Positions 12,441 to 23,042 of a stretch of DNA of 64,000 nucleotides are shown here, one piece after another. The translations under genes and the position numbers were made by a program. Under the pieces are notes generated by a model that worked only from the letters and a program-made list of their open reading frames with translations, had not been told where the DNA came from and did not search any database. Source of the DNA: Mayamaea pseudoterrestris. Taxonomy: Eukaryota. The stretch lies in assembly GCA_027923505.1 (NCBI GenBank), contig BROI01000006.1, forward strand, positions 1 through 64,000. The letters run 5' to 3'. The first letter of the stretch is position 1. The number at the start of each line of letters is the position of its first letter.

Positions 12441-12889
12441 GCCTATGACCGGTTGTCGGTTAGCTCCTTTGTGTCGATCGCGCGCCAGCCGGTTAGACGC
12501 AAGCCGTCCTGCCATTTTCGATGAACGAATGAGCTTCCGCAATGACCCTGGCACTGCGACAAAGGTCCGACTCCCAACGTCGATCTCGATGAGTGGAGAC
12601 CATCAACGCGGCAGCGTGCAAATTTGCTTGCAGCGAGACAAAGGAGAGGCGACTGCCTTGTCGTTGACATAATATTCCTTGCGGTGAATTCCTTTCTCCT
12701 GCGCCATCTTGGTGAACTCTGGCTACTTCTCGGGCTTCACTTTTTTAAAGCCGCAATTATTCATTATCTGAAGCCTGCGAGCTTGCACTTTTGACCGACG
12801 TATCATTGGCTCGCTCCGCCCCGACCAATTTCTCCGTTATACTTTACCTTTGCTCAATCCTCAGTTAGCTTTCCATCACGACGGCAGTC

Positions 12890-15800
12890 ATGTTGACAAG
12901 CAATTTGAACGCAACGCGCTTTGCGCAAAAGCCGCTCCACCAGCCAATCTACTCGTTCAGCAGCGTCCCCAAGGCGAGCGCTGATTTGTCACACTCGTCG
13001 CTTCAATATGTCGACTCTCGCGACGACTTTCACCGCAGCATGGGCGAAATGCTGCTGCTTTGCAAGGAGGCGATTCGACGAAGACCCGACAAGAAGGGGC
13101 CCGGTGGAAGCAAGCCATTGTCGCTCGAGTATTTGGCCGATCGATTCGACATTGATGACCCATTGTTTGGTTACTTGGTTCGAACGAAAGAGGAACCGCC
13201 GGCCAAGATGAGAAGCGGAAACGATAACAGTGATTGGCGCAAGGGCATGCTGCAAGGATTTATTACAGTAACGACGTTTACCAATTATCAAAAGTCGTTT
13301 CGATGGGACTCGCTTCATTCGGCGGCCTTTTCGTACGATGACGATGAATTAATGCAGGAGCGGATGAATGGAGAGCGCAAGCTTGACGAGGATGGGAGCC
13401 TTGCGGCTGCCATGCAGGCGACGGTTCGCTGCGGAGATATTTGGAATGAAGGCATTGTTTGGCCTCGCATTGCGGAAATTTCACTCCTTGGAGGATTGGG
13501 ATGTGGAGCGACACTTGTTAAATTAGTCATTGAACATTTGGAGTGCATGCGAGCAACTGGCAAGGCCAATTATGATTTCGTCATTTTACAAGCGACGGAT
13601 AATTCCATTTCTTTTTACGAAAGTATGGGGTTTGTCCGAGTTGGCGCCATTGTCAAGGAGGAGAATGTAAATAAATCGGACTCGTCGGATGATGAGGATG
13701 CAATTGCAGAACCTCTGCCAATGGATTCGCCGGAGAAGGCTAACGCCGTGGCGCAAACGGCGGACATTGTCACGAGCCCATTGACGCAATACACTACGAA
13801 AAAGGCTGGAGAGACTCCTAATGATATCGCGAAACGATTCAGCGTTGATGTTTGGGACATTGTATTTCTGAACAAGGATATTTTCGCAGGCATTTGTCCG
13901 ACTAGCCGTTTGCTGCCTGGTACGAATTTGTATGTTCCTGTATACGAGAAGATCGAGCTACCGACAAAACAGAAGTCACGAGATGCCGAGCCACCTGCCC
14001 TGCCTCAATACTACATTGCAGATGAAGACGACACACCACGAGAAATTGCCAAGAAATTTAATGTCTCATGCGCCATGCTCGTGGAAGCAAACAAGGGACG
14101 TTTGGAAGGCCTCGTTTCAAGCTCTCGACTCATGGCAGGTACGCGCGTGAAAGTGTCGCACCTTGATGTCCCGGAGGACGATTTTAAGCCGTACCCGCAC
14201 TGGTCTTTTCCCGACGATACTTTTGACGATCCTGAACCATCGTACATGATGGCGCTCAAGCTCAATCGCAAGCGCGGCATAAGTACGCGTGAACGGCCTG
14301 TTCTTGAAAGTCTTGCCGTTCCAATCTCCAAATACGAACCAACCGAGCTGGTACTGCCACCGTCACCTGGTCCAATCGATTACGATATTACTCATCCTAA
14401 ATCCCTTGCGGACATTCGATCGCCAGCTCAGAACAAGGTTAAGCTGAAAAAGAATAAACGCATTAGTGTTATTCCAGGCGCCCCTGTACCTCCCAAGCGC
14501 GAACCGGGTGCATTTTTGCTCTTTGCGAATGACGTTCGTGTGGAGCGTGGCCAAGAAGTCATGGGCTTGTCGGGATCTGCGGCCAATGGTTATTTTGCCA
14601 AAGCGTGGAAGCAATTGTCAGCCGAGGATAAGGCCCCCTACGAAGCCAAGGCAAACACATTGCGCGAAAAGTACTTTCGAGACAAGGCGCTGTATGAAAA
14701 GAAGCTTGCCGCTTTTCTGCTCGATAACCCAGAGTATGAAGCGACTGCAGGTGTCACTGCGCCATTGAAAGTAGCTGCAACGTCTTCTTCAACCGCCGCA
14801 TTCACTGAAACAAACAATGGCATGTCGCTTTACAACAAAGTTGTTCGTCTCAGACCTGGAGCTATGACGGAAGGGTCTGAGTTTACCTATTGGTATGTCC
14901 TGACGTACATTCCTGATCTCAAGTGGTGCCATTTGGCGCCGATGAAGGCTTGCGGCAATTTTGGAGACGATAAGCCAAAGTCGAGAGGACGAACTAAGTA
15001 CCGCCTCGTCGATGAGAAACTGGGTAAGGAAGTCGATATAAGTAGTTCGTTTTGCATACCCATCAAGGCTCGAGCAATGAAAAAGACTCTTGACGCCGAC
15101 ATGGAAGAGTGGGACGTTGTCGATGATGGGTCTGAGCCTGACATGGAGGTCAATCAACCTCGGGTGAGCAATTCAGCAATTCGTAATTCATCGAGGCCAT
15201 TGCGAACTAGTCCGGTAAAACCTTCGGCCGTACCTAAACCACCAACTGGTCTCAAACGCAAAATTCCACAAGCGAGTGCCGGCGATTCATGCCTGAGACT
15301 ACCCACCATGATGGCACTCTTGCCCGAGGGCGAATCCGAGGTAGTTGTACGCCTTGTTGGAAAAGAAATTTACTATCCGACTGCCATTTATCCATCAAGT
15401 ACTGCGAATCTTGGTCATCAAAATGAATCTAATAGTTCAAAAAAGAGAAAACGCTTGTCGAACGGTCAAGACGAAGTTATTGTCGAGATAGTCGTTACGA
15501 AGGCTAAACGAGGCGGTCGGACAAAAGGATCAAAGAACAAACCCAAAAATATTGAAGTTGCGCCAGCGCCTGTCGAAGTTAACGACGTGGCCATTACCAA
15601 TATTACCAGTCCACTGACAAGAAGTAGAGGACAGGAGCAGGAGCCGGCAAGTAAACGAGTACGACTCTCGTCGCCTCAAACATCACGACCGTCGCGCATC
15701 GAAAAAGAGCACAAGGAAAATTCAAAACTTGCTGGGCAGATAGATTCTTCTAAAACTTCCCATGTGCAGCCGCATTCACTCGATTTTGCCGCTGCTAGAA

Positions 15801-16213
15801 GGAGCAGTCCTAGAGGATCGTCGAGCCATGTCAAGACGGCGTCCATAACCACACAACTCGTTACGACGTCCAGTCCGAGGCGACTTCCAAGGGGTACGGT
15901 TGGACCGTCTCACAAGCGTACTCGACATTGCATGTCTTCGCCATCGCCCACGATTGAGAAGCGAACTCTTCGAAGCTCTGCTCCAAGCCCTATGATCGAC
16001 CCGACACCGCCTTCGACGAGAAGGCGACAATCGCCGAGGCTAAACATAACATCGGCGGTGCGTCGTTCCATTACCACGATACGCGAAAAATATGCGCAAA
16101 AGCATCAGCAAACCGAGCTAGTTAATAACGCTCGGCCAAAGAGAAAGGCTGCTCCCGAATTTTTGGGCGAGGACACTGTCGGCGCGCATGAAAAACGTCG
16201 CCGCATTGATTAA
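12890..16213 (+). CDS. Multidomain protein: GNAT-like acetyltransferase, 2 LysM, HMG-box, conserved-looking unknown domain, basic disordered tail
   Basis: 1107-aa ORF; GNAT motifs AEISLLGGLGCGATLV and LQATDNSISFYESMGF; LysM-like YTTKKAGETPNDIAKRFSV..LN..LLPGTNLYVP and YIADEDDTPREIAKKFNV..AN..LMAGTRVKV; HMG PKREPGAFLLFAND..AWKQLSAEDKAPYE. Confidence 0.8.
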   Translation: MLTSNLNATRFAQKPLHQPIYSFSSVPKASADLSHSSLQYVDSRDDFHRSMGEMLLLCKEAIRRRPDKKGPGGSKPLSLEYLADRFDIDDPLFGYLVRTKEEPPAKMRSGNDNSDWRKGMLQGFITVTTFTNYQKSFRWDSLHSAAFSYDDDELMQERMNGERKLDEDGSLAAAMQATVRCGDIWNEGIVWPRIAEISLLGGLGCGATLVKLVIEHLECMRATGKANYDFVILQATDNSISFYESMGFVRVGAIVKEENVNKSDSSDDEDAIAEPLPMDSPEKANAVAQTADIVTSPLTQYTTKKAGETPNDIAKRFSVDVWDIVFLNKDIFAGICPTSRLLPGTNLYVPVYEKIELPTKQKSRDAEPPALPQYYIADEDDTPREIAKKFNVSCAMLVEANKGRLEGLVSSSRLMAGTRVKVSHLDVPEDDFKPYPHWSFPDDTFDDPEPSYMMALKLNRKRGISTRERPVLESLAVPISKYEPTELVLPPSPGPIDYDITHPKSLADIRSPAQNKVKLKKNKRISVIPGAPVPPKREPGAFLLFANDVRVERGQEVMGLSGSAANGYFAKAWKQLSAEDKAPYEAKANTLREKYFRDKALYEKKLAAFLLDNPEYEATAGVTAPLKVAATSSSTAAFTETNNGMSLYNKVVRLRPGAMTEGSEFTYWYVLTYIPDLKWCHLAPMKACGNFGDDKPKSRGRTKYRLVDEKLGKEVDISSSFCIPIKARAMKKTLDADMEEWDVVDDGSEPDMEVNQPRVSNSAIRNSSRPLRTSPVKPSAVPKPPTGLKRKIPQASAGDSCLRLPTMMALLPEGESEVVVRLVGKEIYYPTAIYPSSTANLGHQNESNSSKKRKRLSNGQDEVIVEIVVTKAKRGGRTKGSKNKPKNIEVAPAPVEVNDVAITNITSPLTRSRGQEQEPASKRVRLSSPQTSRPSRIEKEHKENSKLAGQIDSSKTSHVQPHSLDFAAARRSSPRGSSSHVKTASITTQLVTTSSPRRLPRGTVGPSHKRTRHCMSSPSPTIEKRTLRSSAPSPMIDPTPPSTRRRQSPRLNITSAVRRSITTIREKYAQKHQQTELVNNARPKRKAAPEFLGEDTVGAHEKRRRID

Positions 16214-16336
16214 AGTAGCGTCGCCCCCGCTGCATTCTATAAAATAGTTAAACCATTCATTAACGTTAATGTCTTACTTTGGTGTATCATTGGCGGCCAG
16301 TCGCTCAATCCAGTACTTCATTATCTGCATCTACTG

Positions 16337-17173
16337 TTATTGACCATTCGCAGCCGCTAACTTTTCAGCCAACTCAGTGAGCAAACGCAACACCAACTTC
16401 TTGCTCAGACCCATGACGCTGTCTTCTGTTCCATCGATACGTTCAATGTATTGCTTGACGAGTTTGTGCTCCACCATGAGACCGCCCGCGCAGCTCAGTA
16501 TGGGAGCATCTTCCTCAAGCAACCTGTCCACCAATCCGTCGTTCGGTTCGTTTTTAAAGTATATGGTCGCCGTGTCGACACCAGCTACTGTCAATTTGCT
16601 CGGCAGATGCATCAGCACGACGGATCCAACGGTACTGGGTGGATGTTTTGAGTACATGGCCACCATTGTCTTGGCCTCGTCCACCGTCTCTGGCTTTTCA
16701 AGTATTTTGCCGTTGCAAGTGACAACTTGATCGCCCGTCAAGATGATGTATTCGTTTTGCGACGGAAGGTCATTGTCGCATCGGCCGGCTTGTATTTCGC
16801 TCACCAAGTGATCCATTTTCGCTTGGGCAAGATGTAGGACCAAGTCACTTGGCTTGTCAGTGTCACGGTTGCCCAAGCTCCGTTCGTTGATTGGTCGCAC
16901 CAATATATGATAGTTGACTCCCATTTCCTTTAGTATGAGCTTTCTGGTGAATGACGCCGACCCGAGGATGAGAGGTGACGGCAGATGGAGCTGCACCAGT
17001 GGATCATTGACGAGTGCAGTAGCAGGAGGAGCCTGAGACATGCTGCTGCTGAAGGAGGCGGAATGACGGGTCCTTACAAAATGCAACCGCTGTACAAAGC
17101 TACCTGATCGGGAAGCAAGACAGAAACAAGTCAGTAGAGTGTACGTTGAGCCTGCTGCGACGCCAAGTACCAT
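16337..17173 (-). CDS. Maf-family nucleoside triphosphate pyrophosphatase with N-terminal targeting extension
   Basis: LILGSASFTRKLIL, TGDQVV..GKILEKP, AGGLMVE, IDGTEDSVMGL. Confidence 0.85.
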   Translation of the reverse strand: MVLGVAAGSTYTLLTCFCLASRSGSFVQRLHFVRTRHSASFSSSMSQAPPATALVNDPLVQLHLPSPLILGSASFTRKLILKEMGVNYHILVRPINERSLGNRDTDKPSDLVLHLAQAKMDHLVSEIQAGRCDNDLPSQNEYIILTGDQVVTCNGKILEKPETVDEAKTMVAMYSKHPPSTVGSVVLMHLPSKLTVAGVDTATIYFKNEPNDGLVDRLLEEDAPILSCAGGLMVEHKLVKQYIERIDGTEDSVMGLSKKLVLRLLTELAEKLAAANGQ

Positions 17174-17625
17174 TGTTTCATGTGGTCAAGTGAAAGAAAG
17201 GCAGCATCGAAGAAATCTTTCAGAACCGTTGCGACGTCCTGCTATCAGTGCTATCAGCACGGCCATTGCGCATGCAGACCAAGTAATTTGGTATACTAGC
17301 TAAACGTGCGCTTTATGAGTACTATTATTAAAAGAGCTTAGCTTCGCATTATGTGCCTCGACGCATTTGACTTTGCAACACTTTCGGTGGAAACACACTT
17401 CGCAAAGCCATGACTTTTTCCTTTGCAGAACTCATCAACAATTTTCAATTTTTGTTACTTTTCTGTCATTCCTACTGAACACCGCGTGAAGGAAAAAAAT
17501 ATCTTGTGCAGCGATCATAAGTAAAGAAGGCACCGAGCATTGCCATTTATTTCAATCATGACAGTCTGGCGTGATGCGCTCCATTTGCACTACTCAATCA
17601 GGACGATTGGAACGCAAACAGCAAA

Positions 17626-18834
17626 TTACGCTACCTTTTTCATCAAAGGCGCATCACTGCGTGCGCTTTCTGTAGGAGCAGCAGCAGCCACCGGCACCAG
17701 GGCCGCCAGCTCCTTTTGCAGCTCCAGCAAGCCAGCGTTTGCCTTGAGCCCGGGCTTGCTGGCGCGGGCACTGAGCAGCATGACGGGCAGTCGACTCGTT
17801 TCGCGCACCAAGCGTTCCGCCAGTTGCTCCTTCACTTGCAACACCCGGCGCGCCAAGTCAGTTTGCTCCATCAAGTCGCACTTTGTCAGGACGAGTTGAA
17901 TTGGCGGTAGTGAGCTTTTCGCTGTCTTATCGTCACTGCTCTGATTACTAGTCTGTACTTGCTGCTGCAGCAGCTCCAAAAAATCGAAATCGGCCTGCTT
18001 CATGCCATGCCGCGCATCAATGAGCAGTAACAGTCGCTTCAAGGGAGCGCCCCGACGTAGCAAGTAGTGCGACATGGTTGCTTGGTAGTTGGTGGCTGCT
18101 TCCGGCGACGCGTAGGCAAAGCCATAGCCAGGCAAGTCCACGAGCCGCAGCAAGCGCGTGGGCCGTGATCGAGACGCCAGCTGGTAAATGGTAATGGCGC
18201 GGGTTTCTCCCGGTTTGGATGACACAGTGGCCTTGTGACCCTTGGGGAGCTTGTTGGTTTCGACAGACGATCGACGGCGGCTATGCGCCTGCTCTTGCTC
18301 CTCGCGACTTTTATACAGTAAATTGTTGAGTAGCGTCGACTTTCCAACGTTGGATCGACCAGCCAAGGCAATCTCCGGAACGACGGCGCGACCATCGCTT
18401 CGCTTGCTGGAGCTCACCGACTGAATGTCTTCGACCGAGCTCATATTTGCAATGATTGACACTGGCTGACTCTCGGCGCCAAAGGGAGGTGGTGCGCGCA
18501 GTAACGATGGATTTGGCTCGCTGACAGTTGCGTCAATACTGCTGCTGCCGACTCGTTGATGTTGCTGCTGAGGTCGCCCCTTGTCGAGTGTTCTCCGTCG
18601 CAACGGTCTGCGTCGTGACGGAACGCCAACTCCAATCGATTGTATATGTCTCAGTATTTTAGGATCGACTGGAATGTTTCTGAATTGCTGCCGAACACTC
18701 TCCGTGGCGCCGATTTCGTTGCTGGGCGTCGTTGCTCCTTCCAAAGAAGAAAGCAGCCGTCGGCTTGCGACGAGCCAAGTTGCTGACTGGAATGTAACCA
18801 TGTAGCGGTGGCTACGCAGAGTACATTGTAACAT
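17626..18834 (-). CDS. EngB/YihA/YsxC-family GTPase, probably organellar
   Basis: EIALAGRSNVGKSTLLN (G1), PGET (G2), DLPGYG (G3), LIDARH, TKCD (G4); Arg/Ser-rich N-terminus. Confidence 0.9.
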   Translation of the reverse strand: MLQCTLRSHRYMVTFQSATWLVASRRLLSSLEGATTPSNEIGATESVRQQFRNIPVDPKILRHIQSIGVGVPSRRRPLRRRTLDKGRPQQQHQRVGSSSIDATVSEPNPSLLRAPPPFGAESQPVSIIANMSSVEDIQSVSSSKRSDGRAVVPEIALAGRSNVGKSTLLNNLLYKSREEQEQAHSRRRSSVETNKLPKGHKATVSSKPGETRAITIYQLASRSRPTRLLRLVDLPGYGFAYASPEAATNYQATMSHYLLRRGAPLKRLLLLIDARHGMKQADFDFLELLQQQVQTSNQSSDDKTAKSSLPPIQLVLTKCDLMEQTDLARRVLQVKEQLAERLVRETSRLPVMLLSARASKPGLKANAGLLELQKELAALVPVAAAAPTESARSDAPLMKKVA

Positions 18835-19370
18835 GAGTATGAGCCAACGGTAGCTGGGTGCAACAATGCACTCGTTTTGACTAGAGACAGTTTCTTCGTC
18901 TTGGTCTGTTCATTGCATCGCATGGTTGCGAAGCGATTTGAAAGAAACGGGTGTCGCAGCGCGGTTTAAGATGTTTTTGGCGAGCCGAGTCGCAACGACC
19001 TTAAGCATACGGTACCTGTACCCTTGCTTTGCCTAATCTACCAGTAGTCTACTGCAGGCTATCCTGACAGTACTTTCGTCGCAGTCTCCTCCTAGTTGTT
19101 ATGATGTTTTATACTTCGCATTTAGGGATCATATTGGTTGTTCCTCAAGTCACGTGCTGCTGCTATGCGAAACGCTCTTGCACCTTCGCTAAGGTCATCA
19201 GTCCTTTCATGTCAATCTAATCTTCTTTCGCAAGATCACCTTCCAAAAGTGTCCATGCTTGATGCGATGCCAGCAGAGTTTCAGCGAAAGGCTCTGTTCA
19301 GCAGTCACCCCAATACTCCCGCCATCAAGCTCACGGTCATCGGCTTATAACGCCAAAGCACATTACAATC

Positions 19371-20000
19371 ATGTCTGTAATGAAACTTCCATTCGCGAAA
19401 GTGCCACAAGCAAATGAGCCGCCATTAATCACGGAAACATCAAGCGACTTGACTATTTCCGACGTTTTTAGTGTCAGGTTGAATATGAAACTGGCAGATT
19501 TGCGGTTGTATAGCGGCATTTTTCGTCAACTAGACCCTGCACGTGCACTTAAAGGTCGTCAACCCAAGACAGTCTCCTTGAGTCATGCCTTTATTAACCA
19601 AATGCGCTCGTCCTATGGATTGCCAGAGCTCAAGCGCAGCCGCGACTTGGACCACCTGGCCTTCCACCATGCCCGACGCATGGCCTTAAGACAAACCCTT
19701 TTCCATTTTTGCAAAACGGCCACGGAGCTCATGGAGTACCTAGACTCTCCCATTGCGGGCGAAAATGTGCTGCGGGGAAAAAGCCTTTGCAGCATTCACG
19801 ACTACATGATGTTTTGCTGCGAACAGCGGCAAAACGTGTTGTCGTTGCAGTTTGAAGAGCTTGGTGTTGGCGCCATGGATGATTCTAACGGAACGCTTTA
19901 CGTGGTGCAGTTATTTCGTGCATCGGACGACGAGATGGCGAGAGATGCTATTGTTGTAGGTCAAAGCTCGGGCAAGTCAATCTCGATGTACTTTTTGTAG
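19371..20000 (+). CDS. CAP/SCP-domain protein
   Basis: INQMRSSYGLPEL..LDHLAFHHARRMA, GENV, RQNVL..FEELGVG, YVVQLF. Confidence 0.75.
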   Translation: MSVMKLPFAKVPQANEPPLITETSSDLTISDVFSVRLNMKLADLRLYSGIFRQLDPARALKGRQPKTVSLSHAFINQMRSSYGLPELKRSRDLDHLAFHHARRMALRQTLFHFCKTATELMEYLDSPIAGENVLRGKSLCSIHDYMMFCCEQRQNVLSLQFEELGVGAMDDSNGTLYVVQLFRASDDEMARDAIVVGQSSGKSISMYFL

Positions 20001-20257
20001 CTTTTACATGTACTCATGCCATCAACAAACCAAAGCTAAAACTATTTAACCTGTAATGAGGGCCAGCATTATTACAGCTAGTGACCTATACGTGTTTCGT
20101 GTTTAACTTTTACACAACAACAGACAATTATTTAGTTGTAGATCGATAGGTAAGTATCGTACCGTTACTCATGCGACATTAAAATTTCAAATTCTCGACG
20201 ACGCAAATCGTGACAGTTGAATTTTGAATTGTTCTTCTATGGCTATTCCCTTCAACC

Positions 20258-21246
20258 ATGAGGGTTTCTCTTTTACTGCTCATCTCATGCCTATGCAAGC
20301 ATGCATCAGCTACAGTACTTCACTTTCCCCGAGTAGCAGATACAAGACAACCAACAGCTCCCGCAAATAGTCGACACTTTGCGGCATCGCTTTCCCTTCC
20401 ACGCGGTGGCAGCGAGCAGGCCAAAATCTTTAAACGATTCGCCTCGGATACTCGCATGCCGAGTCTCTTTTCGTCCGACGACTCTGTCTTTGATAAATAT
20501 GCCGCCTGCTTGGCGGCAACCGAAGGACTTCGTCGCATTCGCGATCGAGACATGATGGAGGAAGTCAAGTCGAACGATATCATGGCAAGCTCACAGTCGG
20601 ACAGGGAGCAGCTCATTACAAAGGAATATGTCAAGAATACGGCAAAAGTACTGCAAGTCATGGGATTGACTGTCAAGCAGTTTAATGAATTGGGCAAGCA
20701 AATATCGAGGGATGAGCGACTGAGGGAGAAGGTACGTTGAGTTTGTCGCTGCTCGCGATGCTGTCTTTGCATGCTGAAAGACTAACGTTCCATAATTATT
20801 GAAAGGTCATGGAGCAAGCATATCTATATAGAATGGCCGCCACGATACAAATGGACAAGTTTCCCTTGGTGGAAGACAATTTGCGCAGTAGCGAAGGGTT
20901 ACAAGACTTTCAGCGCGACAAGGTGGAACTCTTTTGCGAAAGCATGTCGGAGATTGAGCATCTTCGAGAGGACCAAATTGAGCGATTAAAGCGGGCATTG
21001 CAGGTTGATACCTTTCCCGCCAGTCTGAGCATTAGTGATCCGAGTCTAATGCCCTTTCTAAGCCCAAAGGTCCGAGCCGTCGTGGAAGCCTTTCCCTACC
21101 AGGCGGAGGAAATTATCAAGAAACATGGGCTTGACTCGGAGGAGTTTAACCAAATGCTGGCCGAGACAAAGACAAATCCAAAGTTTCGATGGAAGGTTCA
21201 AAAGCATATTCGCAATCAGGGAGAACAACAGGGGCAACGTCGGTAG
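20258..21246 (+). CDS. Signal-peptide protein with two DUF4168-like repeats, exons 20258-20731 and 20806-21246
   Basis: Hydrophobic N-terminus, LPRGG motif; repeats GLTVKQFNEL...DERLREKV and GLDSEEFNQM...NPKFRWKV; GT-AG intron joins the two ORFs in frame. Confidence 0.65.
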
Positions 21247-21461
21247 ACGTGGGTATTTACGTGAACGCATCACAATGACCCGACTATTCCGGAGGTTATA
21301 CTGTCGCTGGATGAATGAGCACGCACGAATATTTGATAATCAACTGCGCGCTTTGGGAGTTGCAAGCTTCAGCAACAATATTCTTTCTGTGTATATGGAC
21401 GCACTGTACTTTATGTCTTTATGTTAAGCAACTTATATTGTAACGGATTGTTTTTATGTGT

Positions 21462-22069
21462 TTAGAATTTCAGCTTCTGGAAGAAATAAGTGCTACCTTG
21501 TGCCTTCTTCTCACTTGTCACATCCTTCTGGTTAATGTATCGGTCGTAAAAGATCTTCTTGAGGTTCTTTCTGACTTCAATCTTCTTTTCTGGCTCAACC
21601 AAGTCAGCCTCATCGACTGCCTTTTTCAAATCAATGTCGACAACATAACGAGTTGGGAAAATGTGACGCATATTAACATACTTGACAAAAGGCTTCATTG
21701 CCTTGGTTCGCTTCTCAACCTTTTTCTTGCCCATGGCCTTGGTGACCTTTCGTGGAAGCGTCGCCAAGCCAGCGACGAGGCAATGTGCGAAGCGCTTGTC
21801 AGTGTTGCCGTCGTCAAACGTCTTGACTACAACAGCCTTCTTGCCGGCATGACGCCCTGCAAGTAGAATTACTACCTTTCCTGGTTCTGAAAAGTAGAAG
21901 AACGAATGAAGAGATATAGGTGAGAAATTTAATTTTTCAGCAGCTTTTCATGGTTGATCGCTTTGACGACATAAAGGGATAGCCTCTCGACCCATTACAA
22001 CACTAGAGTGTCGCCATCGTGTATTAAAGCTGTATATCTAACTGCCGGTAACTTACTGATGATCGCCAT
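21462..22069 (-). CDS. RPL27: 60S ribosomal protein eL27, exons 22069-22057 and 21886-21462
   Basis: Spliced MAIIKPGKVVILLAGRHAGKKAVVVK...KPFVKYVNMRHIFPTRY...FFQKLKF; 438 nt in frame. Confidence 0.95.
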
Positions 22070-22290
22070 GATAAATTACAATTTGATTGCAGCAGCAGCG
22101 TGGATGCTTGACGACGATGGGATACTTGGTGCGAGCCGTCGTCGAGCGAGAAGTTAGTAACGCGGTATCCAGTCCCGCTGCGATGCCGCTGATAGCGATG
22201 CGACGTCTTCAACTTGACCATGGCGCGCGTCAAAATTCCGTCGCAGCAACTTGCTAAATTTGCTCTACCACTTGGAACTAAGTCATCAAT

Positions 22291-23007
22291 ATGGATCAAG
22301 CAGAGGAACGCAAGGCACGCCAAACGAAAGCAATGGACGCTTGTTGGAAGGCAGCCAGAGAAGGCGTCGGTCGACTGTTGGAGGAAGCCAAAGTATACAA
22401 GGGAACCGAGGCGCATCTATATCGAGGAGAAGCTACTATGATTATGGAACATGTGACTCCATTCTACTGGGGTCTTGCTACTGCTTCGTTTTTGTTTATC
22501 ACCTTTCGTGTGACGGGGTCCAAGCGATTTCAGCTCTATCGAGACGCCATGTTCCAACGCAAGCCATCGACAACGACGACGCGAAATGGTGCAGATCCAG
22601 CAAAGCAACAATGGAAGAGCTTGATAGAGCGCCAAACGGAAGAAAAGGCCGAGCTTGCCAACGATTTAACCAGACTACCGTTTGATTTCTTTGTCAGCAT
22701 TTTGGGAGGATGCTCTACCATACTTTTGCTCTCGAAACCAGACAAGATGGGAAATGATTTCGTCAACGCTCCATTGATGCCTGGAAAGAGCTTGATATAC
22801 AAGACTATATGCCCTCCTCTTCAAGCGGCATACGACGAGCAAGATCCTAACGTCTTTCAAGAGACAAATGAGGGTATGCTTGTAATATTTGAAGCCTTTG
22901 TAAAAAACTGCCGAATACGAACCGAGTTTATCAAGCAACAGACTTTGCGAGGAGTAGCACGTTCAGATGCTGTACCGTATCCTGGTCTAAAAGGCGCCTC
23001 CGAATAA
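22291..23007 (+). CDS. Hypothetical membrane protein
   Basis: 238-aa ORF with two hydrophobic segments (FYWGLATASFLFITF; FFVSILGGCSTILLL); no family recognised. Confidence 0.65.
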   Translation: MDQAEERKARQTKAMDACWKAAREGVGRLLEEAKVYKGTEAHLYRGEATMIMEHVTPFYWGLATASFLFITFRVTGSKRFQLYRDAMFQRKPSTTTTRNGADPAKQQWKSLIERQTEEKAELANDLTRLPFDFFVSILGGCSTILLLSKPDKMGNDFVNAPLMPGKSLIYKTICPPLQAAYDEQDPNVFQETNEGMLVIFEAFVKNCRIRTEFIKQQTLRGVARSDAVPYPGLKGASE

Positions 23008-23042
23008 CGTTAGCATAGCATTGCTAAAGTTATAATATTTAG

